60,044 nucleotides of DNA from an uncultured Rhodanobacteraceae bacterium (lineage in GTDB: Bacteria; Pseudomonadota; Gammaproteobacteria; Xanthomonadales; Rhodanobacteraceae). Below are positions 54,338-60,044 of this stretch, piece by piece. Every line of letters begins with the position of its first letter. Position 1 is the stretch's first letter. The stretch lies in contig CBFGSA010000001.1 in NCBI GenBank assembly GCA_965651365.1, positions 1-60,044 on the forward strand, written 5' to 3'. The notes under the pieces are model-generated. The model saw nothing but the letters and a program-made list of their open reading frames with translations. It was not told the origin of the DNA and ran no database searches. Position numbers and translations under genes: made by a program.

Positions 54338-55056
54338 GGTTGCGATGTGGAGCTGGCCGGGGCGGGGGTGGTTTCGGTGCCGTAGGTCTGGGCACCGCCC
54401 GCTGCGCTGCTTGCAGAAGCGGGTGCGGGCGTGCTCGGCGGCTCGCCCTGGTCGGCGCCGTCGGTGTACTCGAACAGGTTGATGACTTTCTCCACGCCGC
54501 GGGTGTTGCGGGCGTTGTCGATCACGGCCTCGGCTTCGGCGTGTGTGACCAGGCCCATCAGGTAGACCTTGTCGTGCGCGACGGTGATCGACACGCGGCT
54601 GGGGTCGAAGCCGGGAATCGAGGTGATGTCGAGCAGGCCGGTCTTGATCCGGGCGCCCAGCGCGTTGTCGCCGCGCCGGGCCCAGAAGCCGGGCTCGGGC
54701 ATCACGTCCAATTCGTTTACCAGGCGCCGGGCGCCAATGAAACCCGAGGCGAGCTCGCCGGCACGTTCGCGCGCATCTTCGTTGACCACCTCGCCCACCA
54801 GCGCGATCACGCGATTGTAGACCACCACGCGGATATGATTGTGGCTGGCCAGTTGCTCGTCACTGTCGATGGCCTTCTTGACCGACAGCTGCAGGTTGCG
54901 ATCATTGATGATGGTGCTGGTGGCGCGGCGACTGTGGGCCACGTTGGCGCCGGTGGCCACGGCGGCCGCACCCCCCACCACGGCGGCAGTCACGCAGCCG
55001 GTCAGAACGAGGGGAATGCACAGCGCCAGCAGTACGGGGTGCAGGGCCGAAAGCAT
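54334..55056 (-). CDS. BON domain-containing lipoprotein (DolP/YraP-like) with low-complexity Pro/Ala/Ser tail
   Basis: Lipobox LVLTGC. Two BON-type repeats (IRVVVYNRVIALVGEV...; ISITVAHDKVYLMGLV...). Synteny after lpoA-yraN. Confidence 0.8.
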   Translation of the reverse strand: MLSALHPVLLALCIPLVLTGCVTAAVVGGAAAVATGANVAHSRRATSTIINDRNLQLSVKKAIDSDEQLASHNHIRVVVYNRVIALVGEVVNEDARERAGELASGFIGARRLVNELDVMPEPGFWARRGDNALGARIKTGLLDITSIPGFDPSRVSITVAHDKVYLMGLVTHAEAEAVIDNARNTRGVEKVINLFEYTDGADQGEPPSTPAPASASSAAGGAQTYGTETTPAPASSTSQP

Positions 55057-55060
55057 GGAA

Positions 55061-55426
55061 TCAGAACGCGTCGAAGGCATGGCGGATCCATTGGCTGGAT
55101 TGAGGGGACGATTCGGCGCCGAACGCTAGCACATCAAACCTGCACGGTTGCTGTGCGAGCGCCGGGTGCGACTGCAGGTAGATGCTGGCTGCCCGGATCA
55201 GGCGCTGGCGCTTGCTTCGGGTGACCGACAGCACCGCGCCACCGAAACCCTCGCCACGGCGGAAGCGCACTTCGACGAAGACCACGGTTTCGCCATCACG
55301 CATCACCAGGTCGATTTCGCCATAGCGGGTGTTGAAATTGCGCTCCAGCAGCGTGAGTCCGGCCTGCTGCAACTGCTCCAGAGCCCGGTTCTCGTAGTTG
55401 TCGCCGGTAGTGCGGCGCCAGCTCAT
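55061..55426 (-). CDS. YraN family protein (UPF0102 endonuclease-like)
   Basis: GDNYENRALEQLQQAGLTLLERNFNTRYGEIDLVMRDGETVVFVEVRFR. 4-nt overlap with lpoA. Confidence 0.85.
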   Translation of the reverse strand: MSWRRTTGDNYENRALEQLQQAGLTLLERNFNTRYGEIDLVMRDGETVVFVEVRFRRGEGFGGAVLSVTRSKRQRLIRAASIYLQSHPALAQQPCRFDVLAFGAESSPQSSQWIRHAFDAF

Positions 55427-57216
55427 GTCGGTGGTTGGCCACCATCCTCGGCTTGCAGGGCGCCGGTGACCGGTACCGCGATACCGTTGACGAAGCGGGC
55501 CCAGATCGGCGTGCGGTGGATGCGGCCGAAGCTGTCCATGGTGAGCTGGCCGGTGGCGCCGGACAGGTAGCTGCCCGGATGCTTGCGCAGCCATTTCAGG
55601 TACGGCATCAGTGCCCAGGCATCCATGCCGAAGGCAAACAACCGCGCGGCCGGACCTTGTGCATTGGGATCGGTATCGGTCAGCTTGCTGCGCCTGGGCA
55701 GTCCCGGTTGGGCGTTGAACAGCCAAGGCGCGTCACAGAAGGTCACGCCGTCCAGGTCTCGGTCCAGGCCCGGGCTGGATTCCGCACCGTAGATGTGCGA
55801 AGTGGCAAAAAGCGGCTGGGTGACCTGGGCGATGCGCAACTGCGGTACCAGCAGCCGGCCCTGTTGCGGGGTCATGGCAATGAAAACGCCGGTGGCCGGG
55901 CCGGCATTGGCCATCAGGGCATTGATGGCATCGGCGTAGTTGACTTCGGTGCGCGCCAGGGTGGCGCTGCCCAGGATCTTGCCGCCGTGGCTTTCGAACT
56001 GGGCCTGGAACGCGCGTGCTGCACGTTGCGCAAAACTGGCATCAGCCAGGAACAGCACCGCTTCGCTCAAGCCCTGTGTGGCCATGCGTGCGGCAATCTG
56101 CATTCCTTCGGCTTCGGGCGGCAGTGCAAATTCGGCGCTGCCGTCAGGCGGCAGACCCTGCGCTGGATGATTGAGGGCCAGCAGGGGCACCGGCAGTTGT
56201 CCGTGCTGGAACAGGGCGGCCACCGCATCCGGGGACAGGGGGCCGACCACAAGATCCGCTCCAGCGGCGACCGCCTGCTGGTAGGCCTGCACAGCGCCGG
56301 CCTGGGTGCCGGTGCTGTCCAGCATGTCAAGCTGCATCTGTGCCGATTGTTCGGGATGCGCTTTCCAGGCCGTGCTGAAACCGTCCTGAACGGCCAAGCC
56401 GGGGGCGGACAGGGGCCCGCTGATGGGCAGGATCAAGGCTACCTTGCCCGGCGCATCGTAGCCTTCGGCGCTGACGGCATTGCCGCCATGTGGCAGCAGG
56501 GTGCCGACGGGGTTTTGCAGTTGCGGCAGCGAGCTGGCAAGTGCGCTGCCCTTGTTTTTCAGTGCTTCGGCAATCCAGGCCCGCATCGGGTCGTGTTCGT
56601 CCAGCGCGTTGGCACGATCCTGCAGTTCGTTGTTGTCGATGCTTTCCAGCAAGCCCAGGATCTGCTTTTCATTCTGGCTTTTCGCGTAGCCACCCAGCGC
56701 TGCATCCATGGCCAGGCGCGAACGTGCCGCGGCCATGGCCTGACCGTCGGCGGCCTGGCCCCGCGCGCGCAGCTCCAGCGCACGCAGGCGCCACTTGTCT
56801 GGCAGCTCGTGGACGTTGGCCGTGAGTTGCAGGGCGCGGGGAGCGTTGCCCTGGGCCAGTGCTGCGCCGGCGCGCAGCAGGTCGAACTGGATTGCCTTGT
56901 CGGCGTCCAGGCGCTTGCGGCGAATGTGTGCGAGCAGGGGCTCGGCCGAGGCCCAGTCATCGAGCTGGCGGTAGCTTTCGGCGGCGTTTAGCAGGTATTC
57001 GTCGCGCCAGTGCGGATATTGTGCCGCCAGATTTTTCCATGCCTGAGCGGCCTGTTGCAGTTCGCCGCTCCACTGCAGCGAGCTGGCATGCTGCACTGCT
57101 GCCTGCTGCGCCGGGCTGGTCCGTGTGGTGGTGCCGGCGCAGCCGACCAGCATGGCCATGACCAGGGCGAGTACAAAGGCAGTTGCGGCAGATTTCTTGT
57201 TCACAGGCATATGCAT
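55423..57216 (-). CDS. lpoA: penicillin-binding protein activator LpoA
   Basis: Lipobox MLVGCAG, TPR-like N-domain, C-terminal type-1 periplasmic-binding fold (VALILPISGPLSAPGLAVQDGF). Divergent from rsmI, as in other gammaproteobacteria. Confidence 0.8.
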   Translation of the reverse strand: MHMPVNKKSAATAFVLALVMAMLVGCAGTTTRTSPAQQAAVQHASSLQWSGELQQAAQAWKNLAAQYPHWRDEYLLNAAESYRQLDDWASAEPLLAHIRRKRLDADKAIQFDLLRAGAALAQGNAPRALQLTANVHELPDKWRLRALELRARGQAADGQAMAAARSRLAMDAALGGYAKSQNEKQILGLLESIDNNELQDRANALDEHDPMRAWIAEALKNKGSALASSLPQLQNPVGTLLPHGGNAVSAEGYDAPGKVALILPISGPLSAPGLAVQDGFSTAWKAHPEQSAQMQLDMLDSTGTQAGAVQAYQQAVAAGADLVVGPLSPDAVAALFQHGQLPVPLLALNHPAQGLPPDGSAEFALPPEAEGMQIAARMATQGLSEAVLFLADASFAQRAARAFQAQFESHGGKILGSATLARTEVNYADAINALMANAGPATGVFIAMTPQQGRLLVPQLRIAQVTQPLFATSHIYGAESSPGLDRDLDGVTFCDAPWLFNAQPGLPRRSKLTDTDPNAQGPAARLFAFGMDAWALMPYLKWLRKHPGSYLSGATGQLTMDSFGRIHRTPIWARFVNGIAVPVTGALQAEDGGQPPT

Positions 57217-57317
57217 CGGTCCACGGCGTTGCGCTGATCATAACCGATGCCAATCTGTTGCCGGACAGCAGGCTTGTGAACGCGTACACTGCGCCGTGCA
57301 GTGCGAGTGGAGGTTTG

Positions 57318-58181
57318 ATGGTGGCATCGGACATGGGCAAGGGGACCTTGTGGGTGGTGGCCACCCCGATCGGGAATCTGGACGACATCAGTCTGCGTGC
57401 GCTCAAGGTGTTGCGCGAGGTGGTGGTGATCGCCGCCGAGGACACCCGGCACAGCCGCACCCTGTTGCAACATCACGGCATCGATACGCCGATGCTCGCC
57501 GTGCATGATCACAATGAACGCACTGCGCTGGATTCGGTGCTTGAGCGTCTGGCCAGTGGTGAAGATGTGGCCCTGGTGTCGGACGCCGGCACACCGCTGA
57601 TCAGTGATCCGGGCTTCCGGCTGGTGCGGGCAGCGCGCGAGCAGGAATATCCGGTGGTGGCCGTGCCCGGCGCTTGCGCGGCCGTAGCCGCGCTGTCGGT
57701 GGCCGGCCTGCCCACCGACCGCTTCGTCTTCGAGGGCTTTCTGCCGGCCAAGGCCGCAGCACGGCGCGCGCGTATCACCGCGCTGGCGGCCGAAACGCGC
57801 ACCCTGGTGCTATACGAGTCGAGCCACCGGGTCGCACAGTGTCTGGACAACCTGGCCGCCATTTTGGGTCATGACCGGCCCGCGGTTCTGGTGCGCGAAT
57901 TGACCAAGATGCACGAGACCGTGCTGAGCATGCCATTGGCTGAACTGGCAGCCCGGGTGGCGGCCGATCCGAATCAGCAGCGCGGTGAAATCGTGCTGCT
58001 CATCGCCGGCCACGAGGCGGGCGACGGCGGCGAACGTCTGGCCGAAGGTCGCCGGGTACAGGGCATCCTGGCAGCGCATCTTCCACCCGCCAAGGCGGCC
58101 AAGCTTGCCGCTGCAATCAGCGGCGCGCCGCGCAAGGCCTTGTACTCACCAGGGGACAGGGGACTGAAGACAGAGGACTGA
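57318..58181 (+). CDS. rsmI: 16S rRNA (cytidine1402-2'-O)-methyltransferase
   Basis: GTLWVVATPIGNLDDISLRALKVLREVVVIAAEDTRHS. Start is ATG 57318 or 57333. The last ~10 codons are encoded by the purine-rich heptamer array. Confidence 0.9.
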   Translation: MVASDMGKGTLWVVATPIGNLDDISLRALKVLREVVVIAAEDTRHSRTLLQHHGIDTPMLAVHDHNERTALDSVLERLASGEDVALVSDAGTPLISDPGFRLVRAAREQEYPVVAVPGACAAVAALSVAGLPTDRFVFEGFLPAKAAARRARITALAAETRTLVLYESSHRVAQCLDNLAAILGHDRPAVLVRELTKMHETVLSMPLAELAARVAADPNQQRGEIVLLIAGHEAGDGGERLAEGRRVQGILAAHLPPAKAAKLAAAISGAPRKALYSPGDRGLKTED

Positions 58182-58368
58182 GCTGAGGACAGAGGACAGA
58201 AGACAGTGAACTGTAAAGGCAAGGAGCCACCTGCTTTGCCCCGTTTACCGGCATGAGCCGTTCGTGCGGAACAATGCGGTAGGCGGAAGAGTGCCGAACT
58301 GCGCTGCTTTTGCAGACATCGGTCCTCAGTTTCCTGTTTTCTGCCTCTGTCTTCTGTCCCCTGTCTCC
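58152..58368 (+). repeat. composite structured element upstream of rnpB: purine-rich (GGACWGA)n array 58152-58206, module GTGAACTGTAAAGGCA...CTTTTGCAGA 58206-58316, complementary pyrimidine-rich array 58324-58370
   Basis: 58152-58176 is 23/25 complementary to 58344-58368. The module ends form an 11-bp stem only with G-U pairs on the plus strand. Confidence 0.75.
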
Positions 58369-58379
58369 TGTATTCTGGT

Positions 58380-58748
58380 GATGAGTCGGCCGGACAGTCG
58401 CGGCACGCTTGCGTGTCGAGGAAAGTCCGGGCTTCAAAGGGCAGGGTGCCAGGTAACGCCTGGGCGGCGTGAGCCGACGGAAAGTGCAACAGAGAGCAGA
58501 CCGCCGAACGGCGTCGCAAGACGTGCGTGGCAAGGGTGAAAGGGTGCGGCAAGAGCGCACCGCGTGCGGGGACAACGCCGCACGGCACGGCAAACCCCAC
58601 CTGAAGCAAGACCGAATAGGGGAACATTGGCGCGGCCCGCGTCGTTCCCGGGTAGGTCGCTTGAGGCCTGGTGGCGACATCAGGTCCAGAGGAATGACTG
58701 TCACGCCTTCGGGCGCACAGAACCCGGCTTACAGGCCGACTCATTATC
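58380..58748 (+). ncRNA. rnpB: RNase P RNA, bacterial type A
   Basis: Colinear with E. coli M1 RNA: GAGGAAAGTCCGGGCT, GGGCAGGGTGCCAGGTAACGCCTGGG, AGTGCAACAGAGAGCA, GGTGAAAGGGTGCGG.AAGAGCGCACCGC, ACAGAACCCGGCTTA. P1 helix is GAGTCGGCC / GGCCGACTC. Ends are accurate to about +/-5 nt. Confidence 0.95.
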
Positions 58749-58750
58749 AC

Positions 58751-58869
58751 AAGACAGAAGACGGAGGACAGAGGGCCGAGCGGAGGAACAGAGGACAGGG
58801 GACGGTGAACTGTAAAGGCAGAAGAGCTCGGATATTGAGCGTGCCGGTTGCACGGCTTGTTTTTGCAGA
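58751..58869 (+). repeat. second copy of the purine-rich heptamer array (58751-58804) plus GTGAACTGTAAAGGCA...TTTTGCAGA module (58805-58869), downstream of rnpB
   Basis: The 16-nt GTGAACTGTAAAGGCA is identical to 58206-58221. The same closing stem logic applies. Confidence 0.75.
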
Positions 58870-58898
58870 TTGTGCTCGGCCATCGTGCGCGATCTGCT

Positions 58899-59804
58899 TC
58901 AGTCTTGTGTCAGACACACCGTCTTGCGCTTGCCTTCGGGCAGGGGAATGAATTCGTCATCGCCGGCAACCATGGGCCAGCGCTGTTCACGCCAGGCCTG
59001 GCGTGCCTGCTCCAGCTTCGCTTCACTGCTGGCGACAAAGTTCCACCACAGATAGCGCGGCGCATCCAGCGGTACGCCGCCCAGCAGCACCACGTGGGCG
59101 TCGCTTGTGGCGCGGATGTGGCGTTCCTTTCCAGGGGCGAACAGGGCCAGTTCGCGCTGACGCAGGGCTTCGCCGCCGACCTCGGCTTCGCCTTCAATCA
59201 GATAGGCCGCGCGCTGCGGGTATTCGTCGGGCAGGGGCAATTCTGCACCGGCGGGCAGGTGCGCATCGACATAGAAAAGCTCGCTCTGTACACTGACCGG
59301 TGAGCGTTTGCCCCAGGCGCTGCCAGCCACGATGCGCACCGTGGCATTGGCGATTTCCAGTTGCGGCAATGCACTGGCGTCGGTGTGTTCGAACATCGGC
59401 TCGTCCTGCTCGTGCTCAAGCGGCAGGGCGACCCACAATTGCAGGCCGTGCATGGCCTGCGGCTTGCCCCGGTCTTCTGCGGCGGTGCGCTCGGAATGCA
59501 CGATGCCCTTGCCCGCGCGCATCCAGTTGACGTCACCTGGTTCGATGATCTGGACATTGCCGAGTCCGTCGCGGTGCTCGATCCGGCCCTGCCACAGGTA
59601 GCTCACCGTGGCCAGGCCGATATGCGGGTGCGGGCGCACGTCCATGGCCTTGTCCGCGGCCATCGTCAACGGGCCGAAGTGGTCCATGAACACGAACGGG
59701 CCCACTGCCCGGTGCGATTTTGGGGGCAGCACGCGGTGTACGTGGAAGCCGTCGCCGAGGTTATGCGAAAAACCGGCCAGGTGTTCGCTGATCAGATTGC
59801 TCAT
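58899..59804 (-). CDS. pirin family protein
   Basis: GPFVFMDHFGP...RPHPHIGLATVSYLWQG.IEHRDGLGN...G.VNWM.AG.GIVHSE is the cupin metal-site pattern of pirins. Confidence 0.9.
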   Translation of the reverse strand: MSNLISEHLAGFSHNLGDGFHVHRVLPPKSHRAVGPFVFMDHFGPLTMAADKAMDVRPHPHIGLATVSYLWQGRIEHRDGLGNVQIIEPGDVNWMRAGKGIVHSERTAAEDRGKPQAMHGLQLWVALPLEHEQDEPMFEHTDASALPQLEIANATVRIVAGSAWGKRSPVSVQSELFYVDAHLPAGAELPLPDEYPQRAAYLIEGEAEVGGEALRQRELALFAPGKERHIRATSDAHVVLLGGVPLDAPRYLWWNFVASSEAKLEQARQAWREQRWPMVAGDDEFIPLPEGKRKTVCLTQD

Positions 59805-59979
59805 TGTGCTTCTCCAGATTGCATTGCGATAGCCAAAATGGTGTCATCCTGCGCGCAGGCCGCGCAGCGACCGGAGTCGCAGGGTCTGTGTTCGGGAGTA
59901 CCGGACATTGGATTCTGCGTACTGCGACTGCACGCAGCATGACGCGCCTCGCTGGGCGCAGAATGAGTTTCTCGGCTTC

Positions 59980-60044
59980 TCAGCCAATTTGCGCCTCACG
60001 GGTGATTTCGCCCATCCTGCCCGACTGGTAGTCGGCGAAGGCCT
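59980..60044 (-). CDS. 3' end (21 codons, ...AFADYQSGRMGEITREAQIG*) of an unidentified gene running off the window
   Basis: Only an open frame ending in TGA at 59980-59982. No family recognised. Confidence 0.25.
   Translation of the reverse strand, partial: AFADYQSGRMGEITREAQIG

Noticed and set aside
59804-60031. 75-aa plus-strand ORF after the pirin gene.
   Set aside because: It has no motif and is Arg/Ser/Cys-rich. It overlaps REP-like palindromes and the 3' end of a minus-strand frame, so it is likely non-coding.
1-60044. Search by eye for tRNA/tmRNA/rRNA genes, integrase/transposase/phage genes, cas genes, reverse transcriptase and restriction-modification or other known defence genes.
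   Set aside because: None was recognised. The only accessory-type modules are the two higBA pairs. A computational scan (tRNAscan-SE, Infernal/Rfam, DefenseFinder/PADLOC) would be needed to exclude small or divergent elements.

Overview
GC-rich bacterial chromosome segment (roughly two-thirds G+C by eye, not computed). Gene content and repeat families suggest a Xanthomonadales/Lysobacterales-type gammaproteobacterium; this is inference. I can support about 48 protein genes, one frameshifted pseudogene and the RNase P RNA gene. I recognised no tRNA, rRNA, CRISPR array, transposase or integrase.

Main content, in order:
- ETF-ubiquinone oxidoreductase and an amidase.
- A rubrerythrin / HdrD-like Fe-S / DUF3501 operon next to oxyR, with a good OxyR-type operator.
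- Secreted M1 and S9 peptidases.
- A CadC-like wHTH-TPR regulator.
- Three paralogous choice-of-anchor-Q beta-helix surface proteins and a delta-60 repeat protein.
- A 1358-aa multi-pass membrane protein of unknown function.
- A 4-gene Mla/Mce-type transporter, then thrE and hns.
- A housekeeping block: proS, DUF4124, pssA, a holD-like gene, rimI, valS.
- Two inverted higBA modules bracketing sdaA and a glutaredoxin-like gene.
- A five-gene operon in which two paralogous GTPase-DUF697 genes bracket yceI-cytb561-yceI.
- A Reg_prop hybrid histidine kinase and a UDG-family gene.
- An ECF sigma / Ser-Thr kinase pair.
- lpoA-yraN-BON, rsmI, rnpB and pirin.

Most noteworthy observations:
1. A perfect 20-bp tandem duplication frameshifts one beta-helix gene located directly downstream of the sigma/kinase pair.
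2. Several families of 7-nt-periodic repeat arrays form strand-specific (G-U dependent) RNA hairpins at gene ends. One array sits in-frame inside valS, and others flank rnpB.
3. REP elements supply the TAG stop codon of five genes.
4. All four secreted repeat proteins share a short C-terminal F-x-[DH]-[GD]-F motif.
5. The two higBA modules have identical promoter skeletons but different operator palindromes, and apparently leaderless GTG starts.

I did not find a clear-cut new multi-gene system of the defence type. The best candidates for undescribed biology are the sigma/kinase/beta-helix module, the giant membrane protein and the heptamer-array RNA structures.

Many long ORFs in the six-frame track are antisense shadows typical of high-GC DNA and were rejected.
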